Below, piece after piece: positions 37,301 to 45,260 of a stretch of 64,000 nucleotides of DNA. This DNA is from Cyanophora paradoxa CCMP329 (Eukaryota; Plantae; Glaucophyta). The notes beneath the pieces are model-generated. The model saw only the letters and a program-made list of their open reading frames with translations, searched no databases and was not told the origin of the DNA. Positions within the stretch are counted from its first letter, which is position 1, and each line of letters begins with the position of its first letter. The stretch covers positions 62,001 through 126,000 of the forward strand of contig QPMI01000046.1 of NCBI GenBank assembly GCA_004431415.1, in the 5' to 3' direction. The position numbers and the translations under genes are program-made.

Positions 37301-39123
37301 CTCCAACATCGCCCTGGAGCATGCGGCGGCCGAGGCGGCCGCGGGGCCGCAGGCGGCGGCCCCGTGGTGGGCGGCGGTCGCGGCGGCCCAGGCGCAGGGG
37401 GTCGCGGCGGGCGTGCCCCGCCTGCGGCGTGCACTGGGTCCAGGCGGCGTCCGACTCGTGCCTCGCCTGCCGCCTCGGCCGCGATGCGGCCCCGCGCTTC
37501 GGCGACCCGGGGCGGCACGCCGAGGAGGCTGCTGCCGTCGGGGATGCCCTCGCGGCCTCCGCCTGGCGCCCCGTCTCCCCCGACATCGTCTTTGCGGCGC
37601 GCGGCTCCTGTGCCCCCGGGAAAGGCGCCCTCTACCTCCCCGATTTCGTCTTCTCCCTCCCGCACGCTATCTTCTGCCTCGACATCCTCACCAACTGCCA
37701 CCGCGACGAGCCCCCCAGCTTCCGCGAGATGCGCGAGGACACCTACCAGAGCCTCACCACAATGGAGCGCCCCGTCGTCTTCCTGTACACCAACTTCGGC
37801 TCCTACTTGACCGCCGGCGCCCGCCTGCGACGTCAGGAGGACCCTCCCGGCACACGCTCTCTGCCATTTCGACCCCCCCCTATGCACTCGCCCGCCGCGC
37901 CGCTGAGAGGAAGCCTCAGCATCAATTACCCCCACATCTTCGTTCGTCAGCTGGAGGAGTCGGGCCTCCTCGCGGCCCTGCGCGCCCGCCCGCCCCGCCG
38001 CATCGTCATCGGAAGCTTCAAATCCTCCGCCGCGGCCGCGGCCGCCGCCTTCCCCAGCCTCCTCGCTCTCGGTGCCGAGGTTCAGCTAGCCGAGGTTGAG
38101 CTAGATTAGAGCCTTCTCCATTCATTCACGGCACATAAACAGCCCCTGTAAAGAAGGGATACCAGCGGGCGAGGACCCGGGCCCACCACGCGTGGGTCTC
38201 CGCCTCGGGCTCCTCCACGAGCGGCATGATGAATGCGGCAAGGGCGGGGGGCGGCGCAGGGTAGATCCCGTCCACGAGCGGAGCGCTGGGGGCCGGCCGA
38301 GTCGGAGAGCCTCTTCGGCGCCGTGCGGGCCAGCAGGCAGCAGTAGTTTAATGCCGTGTGATATCAAAACCAATCGCGTCACCTGCACCTCCCACTTTTT
38401 CCCAGCCAATATTATCCATGACCGCAACGGCCGCTGGGCGGGGCGTTTAAGTCGACCTGCGCCTACGGCACTTGCGGCTCTGGACGGCGGCCTTCTCCAT
38501 AATCGCTTCCTCGGCCGGCTCGAGTGCGCTCATCAGCTCCCTCTCGCGCCGCTCCTCCTTGATCTGGACGTGGGTCCTGCGCCGCTTCTTCTCGGGCGTG
38601 GGGGCGCGGGGGTCCTGGTCCTCGCACTCGGGGCGGGCGTTCGGGCGGTCGCAGTAGTAGCTGACGACGACGGGCCCGGCGCCGGCACTGCGGCGTTTGG
38701 CCTGGAGTTTGGCGGCGTCCATGCGGGCGAGGAGGCGGAGGGGAGTCAGGACGCGGGCGGGGTTGGGGCGGCAGCGGCCGCGGCGGCCGCGGCGACGGCG
38801 GCGGCCTCGAAGGCCGGCCCTGGCGCGGCGGCCCCGGCAGCCCCGGCAGCCCCGGCAGCCCGGCAGCTCCGGCCCCAGCCCCGGCCCGGCAGCAGTTGTG
38901 GGTGGCCCGATCCTGCAGCTGTGGCAGCAGGCCGCGGCGCCCGCTTCCACAACCATTGAGATCCTGCGACAAGCAGCCGTCGTTGGGCGGGCACGACAGC
39001 GTCCGTCAGCGAGGTCCAGCGTGGCTTGGCGGCGAGCCTGGCCGTCTCGATGTACATCGCCATGTCGGAGTCCTACCAGCTGCTGCTTGCGGGCGGGGCC
39101 ACGCCGCAGCTGGAGGAGCAGGA

Positions 39124-39165
<42 letters not shown>

Positions 39166-42100
39166 ACCGACGGGCAGCGCGGCTGCGGGCGCGGTCCCGC
39201 AGCCGGGGGAGGAGGCGGCGTCGGTGGCACCCCCCCGGCCGCGCGCCACGGAGTGCGTCAAATGCCGGGAGCGCCTCCCCGCGGTGGCCCTGGTCCCGTG
39301 CCGCCACGTCCCCGTCTGTGTCGAGTGCTGGGGCCCGCACGTGGCCGGGCGCACCTTCAGCGACGAGGGGGCGGGCATCGCCTGCCCCCACCCCGGCTGC
39401 GGCCTCCGCGTCGACGGCGCGCTTGTCGTGGTCCTGCCTTAGGCAGCTGCAGCGCGTGGTGTGTGTGTGTGTGTGTATTTAATTTTCCACTACAACACGG
39501 CGCTAGCTAGAAGCATCGATATCCGCTCTTCTTCGGCCGTGGCCCGCTCGAACTCCTGGCGCTCTTCCGCTGCCCTCGGCCCGTCATCGTCGTCGACTGT
39601 ACCGGAACCAAGGAGGCGGTGCAGGCGGTCGATGCTCACGGGTTTGTGGGGTAGGCCGTAGAGCAGGTGCCTGATGATGAACTGGCGCTCCTCAAGGAGG
39701 CGCTGAATGCGGGCGGGCGGCCGGCTGGAGTGTATCGCTTCCACCGCCCGCGGGCTCAGGAGGGTGGCGGAAGGGTGGCGCCACCCGACGTCCAGGGCGG
39801 ACCACCACGCCCCCGGGTTCGCCCGAATGAGGCTCGCGATGAGGGGCGTGCCCCACCTTTTCCGGCCGCCGAGCCGGGGGAGCCCGGGGGGGGGCCGGGG
39901 GGGGCCGCAGGGGGCCCGCCGGGGGGCCGGGGAGCCCGGGGGGGGGCCGTGAGGCCCGCCGGGGCCCGGGGAGCCCGGGGGGGGCCATGGGGCCCGCCGG
40001 GGGGCGACTGGTTCAGCCCCGCTGTGAAGGTCGACGGGTTGCGCACCGAGTAGCCTTTCGCAGTGCCAGGCTCCTTGGGCTGAATGGCTGCACAGGGAAT
40101 TAGGCAGGAGACTTTCTGAAGATTCCGTTGTGATTCACCTAGGTGTCCTCGGATCTGTTGTAATTCGCGAATCTGTCAGCTCGCGAATTCTAATAATAAA
40201 AAAACTAAGCTTCAAGTTCCAAGGCACCTCGAAAAGAGGCATGAACTGCTGGTGCTGGTGCTCTAGACAGTACCTGCAGCATCCCGCTCAGTCCTGGATC
40301 CAAAAACGCGACGAACACTCAAACGGACAAAGTCGTCTGCCAAGTAGGGCTTTCGTCCCATAGGCCGAAGCGCGTGTTGGCAGTTGGATCGAAAGGAGTG
40401 CCCGGTTTAGATGTCGAAGCGGTGGCCGGATACGCTCGAAGATTGTACTGGAGCTCCCTAGGCTTTTGTAAGGTATCATAACGGAGCGGACAAAGCAAGA
40501 GCTGACCCGGCGATGTGCCCTAGCCACCTTGGGAACGCCGAACCACCCGCCTTCACGTTCGGATAAAAAACAGAACTTGAATCGGGTAGAGTACGGCCTG
40601 GATGGCAAGGCTCGACACGCCGAAAACAGAAACATGCATCTACTCGACACTAGATGCGTACCAGTCTCTGATTTAAAAATCGGGTAGTTCGCGGCAGTGG
40701 AATGCCGCTCCCTGCATCGAAAATCGAATGCATTAATTCTCGTTGGTAGAGAAAAGAGTTTCGTGTAGCAAGCCTACGGACCCGAACCACTTGCTGAAGC
40801 CGAGTGCGAAATCTGCCACAATTGCAATGCGATATTGATGGGAAAACACAAAGCCAGGACAGAGAAGACGCACTATCCAATCCAGGGGCCGCGACCTTGT
40901 TCCAGCTCGGATCGTACGTTGTTGCGAGCTGCGATATAACTCAGAGTGCGCCATGCTTTTCGATTACGGTCGAAAACTGTGCGCACTGAAAACAAGCCTG
41001 TTGTAGAAGAAGAAGAACGCAAAGATGTCAAAGATGGCTTTCAAAAAAAGCGGGACAGAGGACAGAGGTGAAACACGGGACAGAGGTGAGCTCACCGTCT
41101 GTGACATCCGTACGCCGAATCCTGCACATGGTTTAAGTAGAGCTCTGTGCAGATCGCAAGCTTTTCGTACCTCAGGCACCACTGGAGTGCAGAATTCGAA
41201 GTCGCGTCGGCGTGGGTTATCACCGAGAAAACCAAGAGAGGAAAGGCACGCACTGCATCGTACACGAGAATTGGTTGATCGCATTCGACGTACACGTCAA
41301 GGGTTTTGCTTGTAGGGTCTGAATTGCGCATGCTGTGTCAAAATTCGAGAATTCGCGTGCTGGTGCAAGTTTGAAAGACAAGGGACCGACCTCGTTTGGT
41401 ACCATCTACGATCACATTTTGTTTGCAAATGCCGAAAAGCGGAAAATCCTTCGGGCGAGTCTTTCGCGGGCATGTGCATTAATTCCAATGCCGTGCTCGA
41501 CTGATTTGAAGGAAATGTGCATGTACGTGTACCTTATAAACACCGCTAACTTTCGTCGGCAGCTGGAAGGCCACCCCCACCTTCTCCTGTGCTTTGCACT
41601 CTTTCGCATACGCTGTCGTAACCGTCGTGGCGCAAGGCCAACCCTTTCCGCTGTCGCCACGATTCGATTTTACAATGGCAACCTGCAAAACCCGTACTTG
41701 GTCGAGAGACAGGCACGATCGCGAGAGCAAAGTTCATATATATATATATATATATATATCATCATGGGCACCCGAAATTCGAGGTTGGTAGGAATCGTGT
41801 CATTAAACCCTCCGGCTGTTTTGAATCCACTCTTTGTATCCGGAAAGAAAAGTCTGAAGACCTTCATTTCGATTTTGAAACAAGTGTGCATGTACATGTC
41901 TTAGCAACGCACGTGAAGTAGACAGAAGTGATGTTGATTGGCGCATTCATGTACCGCATACTGCGCGAAGATTTGAATAAATAGTATTGGCAAATAGGCT
42001 TCTAATTAAGCATGTCATTTTAGGCTTCCGAAAGCACAATTGTAAATTTACTTACCAGTAGAAGAAATCATCTGCAAGACGTCGAAGAGCAACGATTATG

Positions 42101-42849
42101 GGTATGGATGCAACCAATTTCCGAAATATCGATACTCACTTGTCGGTCCGCGGGCCTCGATGACCTTCCCATCTGCCTGGTGGGTCGCAGGTTCTCCCGT
42201 GTCCGCATCGGATAAGAGGCAGTATTGGTTGTAGCGATTTTGTGTATCCAATTCCCAGTAATTTCCAATTCGAGCTTGGTCTGCGCATGCGCATGCGCAG
42301 TGGTTATATTAAACGTTTTTAACACAGGAGTTGCTGGAGTGAAACGGGGCTAGGCGCACGCATGTAGTAGCTGCTCTCTTGCGAACTTTTCGTCAATCCC
42401 GCCGGTTCGCCGCCGGCCTTAGTGCCATCTCCCTTCAAGTAAGTCGAGATGATTGGCTTGTCGCCTGGTGCGCCGTCCGAGAAGCGGATGCCTGGTCGGC
42501 CCTGAACACCACTGCGCCGTCGCAATGCGCCAGCCAGATGAGCTATCGTCTAGAAAACCAAATTCTCGCGCTCCTCTATGTTCGCGCGCTCCTCTATGTT
42601 CGGAAGCTTATGCATGTTCGGAAGCATTTGCACGATGCACGGGCACAGAATTCGAAGCAAGATCTAGATCTAGAGGACGCACACGGGGCCCATGTCTCCA
42701 GCTGTGCGGGGATCTTGACCCGCCGCCGCGTGCGAGACGGACAACACGAACGCCGACGCGACGAAGATCGCCAAGATGATCGAGGCCAGGCCGCTGGGCC
42801 GCGGCCGGCCGGCGACCACGCGCCGGCAGGAGCCGGGCGCGCCCGCCAT
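1..42849 (-). CDS. Giant multi-exon single-pass membrane protein gene (signal peptide, FN3-like/REJ-like/GAIN-GPS-like ectodomain, TM, tandem FN3-like array); interrupted by the 26262-40004 insertion; 3' end lies beyond the window start
   Basis: ATG at 42849 gives MAGAPGSCRRVVAGRPRPSGLASIILAIFVASAFVLSVSHAAAG (signal-peptide-like). Co-oriented minus-strand exons with GT-AG introns continue to ~40002 and resume at ~26264 in frame. Intron 19590-19648 joins the upstream exons to the TM exon. Not all exon boundaries were resolved. Confidence 0.7.
349..413 (-). other. 65-nt phase-2 GT-AG intron, repeated in each homogenised array unit
   Basis: Minus strand GTGCGGCAG...GCTGAC(branch-like)...TTTTTCGCGGCAG. 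Removal joins GNVP-S-FGVLQDG and explains the frame switch in the ORF track in every unit. Confidence 0.9.
19512..19580 (-). other. Transmembrane helix of the giant protein
   Basis: ILPLAFGIGAAGLLVAGLTAAIV followed by basic residues KGTLRVPSIFPKGK (positive-inside pattern). Confidence 0.8.
19649..20530 (-). CDS. Exons encoding a degenerate GAIN-B/GPS-like membrane-proximal region
   Basis: IDGLADSKPIIIEIP...FLIFWNETSSSWEPC resembles the GAIN/GPS lead-in (PIxIxIP...FW...W..C). No canonical H-L-T/S cleavage motif is seen. Confidence 0.45.
21780..22420 (-). CDS. Exons encoding a REJ/PKD1-like module
   Basis: TSFTVTCSNWKPP...LPLSYSLK and AYVFPVGTHELTATIC resemble the REJ motifs T-x-F-x-x-x-C-x-x-W...PL-x-Y and LP-x-G... 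Confidence 0.55.
23150..23300 (-). repeat. Coding minisatellite, about 4 copies of TPPPGGDTGG(G)V (Pro/Thr/Gly linker)
   Basis: Direct repeats of ggcgtaacccctc(ctc)ccgtatcccctccgggcggt; ORF 23058-23402. Confidence 0.85.
26262..26291 (+). repeat. Left terminal repeat of the insert: (G7-8 TACA)x2 plus G7
   Basis: ggggggggtaca gggggggtaca ggggggg directly at the junction. Confidence 0.85.
26344..26886 (+). CDS. Hypothetical intronless protein, 180 aa (insert cargo)
   Basis: ATG-initiated ORF with strong GC3 bias and non-low-complexity sequence; no family recognised. Confidence 0.65.
   Translation: MPPAGAAAAGGGGAEIFPLRGGPATLLGALALALNPGLGVGALFGIRMDPSQYAEVEVEPGAIPLEACIAATSGLDEVAPICVSDDGRYLVVCSDCGDVVTVCRAEVVGDVDMWAAAPPRVVYRRVGTLKFYIGNEVFAGAADAFRSFRCWVVEERREIYFAWNRENVRMYRLPGLLAAG
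27220..28416 (+). CDS. Hypothetical protein, probably two exons (ORFs 27220-27708 and 27769-28416)
   Basis: Two co-oriented globular-looking ORFs separated by an intron-like stretch (gctgac branch motif, poly-T, tgcag at ~27714-27748); exact donor unresolved. Confidence 0.5.
28826..29590 (+). repeat. G-rich satellite: (GGGGC)n interspersed with GCTAGAGCTAGC and GAGACTATAGCTAGC units
   Basis: Directly visible ~760 bp array. Confidence 0.95.
29594..30116 (-). pseudogene. F-box gene 5' part (3 exons), apparently truncated after the F-box
   Basis: LPDDAVLRIVKLLNLDDLVNFCSVATRYWNL is an F-box pattern. ATG at 30116 (MPPEKRRRW...). A donor GT at 29593 leads into the satellite with no clear downstream exon. 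Confidence 0.65.
30278..31860 (+). CDS. Intron-containing hypothetical gene, 3' truncated by the fragment patchwork
   Basis: Exons join as ...VGTFRQ|AVDVLLG...PRRYE|AVSAYLLEG...NAINR|LGF, with a GC-AG intron at 30860-30925; start uncertain. Confidence 0.55.
31862..32868 (-). CDS. Cysteine-rich repeat protein fragment (CxNGC-P...GCxDxTxC repeats)
   Basis: About 335 codons of regular Cys repeats within ORF 31293-33869; intronless, with no native start or stop. Confidence 0.7.
32950..33673 (-). pseudogene. Fragment of a virus-like BNR/Asp-box (DGISWT) fibre-type protein
   Basis: DGISWTEMEAPINFSAAAYSPDLNVLVGGG...GDLFLDGGLIVRG...; a paralogous segment lies on the opposite strand at 33820-33906. 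Confidence 0.5.
33674..33752 (-). pseudogene. 26-codon fragment resembling the C-terminal motif of the NCLDV major capsid protein
   Basis: EHHTTVPKRPIYVYSFALDPEDWRPT matches the capsid motif HHT-x-x-P...I-x-x-YSFAL-x-PE-x-x-x-P-(S/T)G. Confidence 0.75.
34110..34865 (+). pseudogene. Fragment of a BNR/Asp-box beta-propeller protein (virus-like)
   Basis: SRDGGHSW, TVDGSTW and RSDGGEW Asp-box-like motifs, plus YSPVLKKLVAL; intronless, lower GC, no own start or stop. Confidence 0.6.
35020..35319 (-). CDS. Small basic hypothetical protein, 99 aa
   Basis: ATG preceded by A-rich AAATAAACAGCC; 38 bp downstream of the Gly-rich ORF stop (compact, virus-like spacing). Confidence 0.55.
   Translation of the reverse strand: MTYQRPPARRPRALSESALQHLYLAQYLRVRSLHPEWSALRAQRAATQAMERILQRARLSEYTLEGVRELEQAKRAKRAASRRGAPKRPAAAAAAAARR
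35358..35955 (-). CDS. Glycine-rich domain protein, C-terminal part (ALK/LTK-type Gly-rich domain, common in viral fibre proteins)
   Basis: TPGATYVIIVGQGG...GGGRSAIR...AGGG...GGGGYYGGGGG...GGGGSSY...GGDGLVLIIY*; the 5' end is fused to unrelated sequence. Confidence 0.75.
36272..37309 (-). CDS. Hypothetical protein with Cys/His-containing N-terminal region and Pro/Ala-rich repeat tail
   Basis: 345 aa ORF with CKGVRCGKHVHAHC...CTAC followed by PAARPSAPVP repeats. Confidence 0.45.
   Translation of the reverse strand: MLEIREPTFTSRYRREAQFIIASLVLLMLRCKGVRCGKHVHAHCSGQFKSMLDMIDQYVTGCAMMRSRFDGGSSPSCTACRGRLREEIFRNLNLSAPPPAKRPRSPSPPAGPPAAADPASNHLKLRLKVGPDPGAPGPTPALDPAPAPAPARPPLRHRPAAGPALTQQPAPAAPAPSPAPARPAARPSAPVPSAPAPPARPRPVPAARPSAPVPSARPPPARPRPSPPPAPRPPSRPPRPPPPGTRRPGAHLPAADITTVIAARPARPGPARRPAPPPVPVAPAGRRPHHRRSTLPGGRRRTRPEAALDPDRAAPGRAPDAAVGAPHGAAGRRACIIRRMADSGR
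37400..38109 (+). CDS. Zn-ribbon plus degenerate PD-(D/E)XK endonuclease-like protein (NCLDV-type)
   Basis: CPAC...CLAC, then YLPDFVFSLPHAIFCLDILTNCH...RPVVFLYTNFGSY, paralleling RPD...EVDExQH...P-x-VFIRFNPD-x-Y of giant-virus nucleases; start uncertain. Confidence 0.5.
38447..38722 (-). CDS. Small basic/charged hypothetical protein
   Basis: MDAAKLQAKRR...EKKRRRTHVQIKEERRERE; intronless. Confidence 0.35.
   Translation of the reverse strand: MDAAKLQAKRRSAGAGPVVVSYYCDRPNARPECEDQDPRAPTPEKKRRRTHVQIKEERRERELMSALEPAEEAIMEKAAVQSRKCRRRRST
39026..39442 (+). CDS. C3HC4 RING-finger protein (C-terminal RING)
   Basis: CVKC...LVPCRHVPVCVEC...CPHPGC...VVVLP*; true start uncertain. Confidence 0.8.
39490..39744 (-). 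CDS. Small hypothetical protein, ~84 aa, convergent with the RING gene
   Basis: Intronless ORF ending 47 bp from the RING stop across a (GT)n/AT-rich spacer. Confidence 0.4.
   Translation of the reverse strand: MEAIHSSRPPARIQRLLEERQFIIRHLLYGLPHKPVSIDRLHRLLGSGTVDDDDGPRAAEERQEFERATAEEERISMLLASAVL
39874..40004 (+). repeat. Right terminal repeat of the insert: three ~40-50 bp units CCGGGGAGCCCG8-9CC...GGCCCGCCG4-6
   Basis: Units at about 39874, 39927 and 39966; the last ends exactly at the junction G-run. Confidence 0.8.
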
Positions 42850-44924
42850 GGACGTGCGAGACCTCCGCCGATCAAGCCGCGCGCACTCCAACGCACGCGG
42901 GCCTGCAGCCAGCTACAGCTGCCCTAAGCCTGCTCAGCAGCTGCAGCTGCAGCTGATGCAGCTGATGTCGATATAAGGGGAGCGAACGCCCACGAGTTGC
43001 AGGGACCGTCGCACGGGCCAGTCTAGGCTAGGGCCGCTAGGCTACCCGACGACCTCTTACCGCACTACGGTAGTACCGTAGAGTCGGCGTAGACCCGTAG
43101 TACTGTACGTTCAACGGTTCTCGACTCTGAGAGACTCTGAGATCTGCAGGCCGCCTGACTCTAGAGGCTGCAGCTGAGGCCGTACCGCCGGCCCGCCGCG
43201 GCCGCCGGGCTTCTACTAGGCTAGCTTCTATCTTCGTACGCCGTGACGGTAGACTATCTACTAGTACTACGCCGTGTGACGGTACTACCGTTACAGTACC
43301 GTAATATAAGATGTCTAGACTCTAGAGTGTCTAGAGACTGTGGCCGGTAATTCACCAAAAAACATATTTCGGCAAAACCTGAAAAATGTGCCAAGATTGT
43401 GGTTCGTCGCCGAGTCGGCATCATATTTTCGGCAACACATGTACAGCCAGTCCGCCTAGGCGGCGGGTACGTTGATCCCTCTTCTGCCATACATCTGCAC
43501 AATTCTGGCACAATTTATAATTACAGCCGCTGAGCAATTACTAGTACAGTAGTAGTACTCAGTGATTGGTCATAGTCTGGTACCGGTATAGCTGGCCGAG
43601 GCTGCTGGACGAATGGGCTGCTCCCAATGTAACCAATCCCGGAGTCCGTGCTTTTTCGCGCGTCCGACGGTCTGATCATGATTATCACTGAGTATTGGTG
43701 CGATCATCGGATTCGGTCAATTTCGGTGGAATCGGTGCACGTGACCGCGCGCCGCGTACGGGCGGCGGCGTACCGTGCATGACTCAGTGACGGACCGGGA
43801 CCTCGGTGACTCGGCGTCGAGTCGGCGACGAGTACTAGTCGGCGACTCGGCGTGTGCAGCTGCAGCCTGCAGCCTGCAGCTGCAGGCTGCAGCCTGCAGG
43901 GCCATGTCACCGGCCCATGTGCACGTGCAGGCTGCAGCCTGCAGCTGGCCATGGCCATGGCTGCCGCAGTGCAGCCTGCGCTGGCAGCGCTTCTAGATCT
44001 CCGAGGCTCAGGGGGCTGACAGGGGCCCGGCTTCAAAAAAGCTTCGGGGCAACTTAAGCTTGGCAAGTTCGGGCCCGCGCCGCCGCGCGCGCGCGACTCC
44101 GGATCCCCGGGCCGCGAGGGCTGCCAGCATTATGGCAGCATAGCGCGTGGCGGGCGCAGCGCTAGCTATATAGCAGCCTGCGGCCGCGCGCAGCTACTAG
44201 CTCCGTATATACGCGGCCCGCGAGCGCCCGGCCTCGCCGCGGCCGAGTCGTTCCCTCGAGCTCGCGCTCGCGGCCCCGCCCCTCGCGATCGTCCGCGCGC
44301 CGTGCGAGGAATCGCCGAGGACACGGACGTGATCCTGAGCTCGATCACTCGCGCGATTGCAGCGCGCGCGGACGCAGCTGCAGCCTCAATCGCGAGAGGT
44401 CCATCGGCCGTCGCTGTGCCACGTCCGATGCCTCGCGGCGCACGATTGCAGTTGGCAAAGAGCTCGAGCGGGTGCATGCGGCTTTGCGGCGCCGACGGCG
44501 ACGCCGAGCGCAGCGGCTCGCCGCCTCTGGCCGAGGACGCGTGGCCGCGGGGCGCGGCGCTGGAGGCGGAGCGGGCGGCGCTGCTGCAGCGAGTGCGCGG
44601 GGCCCGGGGCGCTGCAACAGGGGAAGCCCGTCCTTTGGAAGAAGACTTCGCTTGCCCTCGCCGCCGACGACGTCCTCAAGCGCGGCGGCCTCCTTGACAA
44701 GCTTCTCAAGCTCGAAGCCGTAAGCGGCCCGCCCCGCTCCTAGCTCCCGTACCTTCCTCCCCTTCCCTCCCGCTCTTAGCACACCCCCCCCCCCCCCCCC
44801 CCCTCCCCCCCACACACACCTCGGGCCGCCCTCCCGCGGCCGCCCCGTCCCGCCCCGGCCGCCCCGCTACCTCCCTCCCCTCGAGCTCCACCCTCCCTCC
44901 CTCCCTCCCCCCTCTTCTCCCCCC

Positions 44925-45260
44925 CCTCCTAGGCCGCCCCTACCCCTAGGCCGACCCCTACCCTAGGCCGCCCCTATAGCTACCCTAGACCGCCCCTACG
45001 TCGCCCCCTACCCCTAGGCCGCCCCCTACCCCTAGGCCGCCCCCTAGGCCGCCCCCTACCGGTAGGGGTAGGGGGCGGCCTAGGGGTAGGGTAGGGGGCG
45101 GCCTAGGGGTAGCTATAGGGGCCGGCCTAGGGGGCGGCCTAGGGGTAGGGGTCGGCCTAGGGGTAGGGGGCGACCTAGGGGGCGGCCTAGGGGTTATTAA
45201 AGGGGCCGACCTAGGGGTAGGCCTACCCCTAGGCCGCCCCCTACCCTTAGGCCTACCCCA
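44925..45260. repeat. Imperfect palindrome built from CCTAGGCCGCCCCTACC units, centred near 45060
   Basis: C-rich units to the left and G-rich reverse complements to the right of cccctaccggtagggg. Confidence 0.9.

Larger units (their letters stand above)
26262..40004. mobile_element. ~13.7 kb cargo-carrying insertion without terminal inverted repeats, inserted at a G-run inside a host exon
   Basis: Abrupt composition change at both ends. The flanks cggcca|GGG|cgactg rejoin in frame on the minus strand (CAG TCG CCC TGG CCG = QSPWP). Both termini are G-rich tandem repeats. Confidence 0.8.

Noticed and set aside
26262-40004. Polinton, virophage or intact endogenous giant virus
   Set aside because: No terminal inverted repeats, polymerase, packaging ATPase, integrase or full capsid gene is recognisable, and the virus-like parts are fragments.
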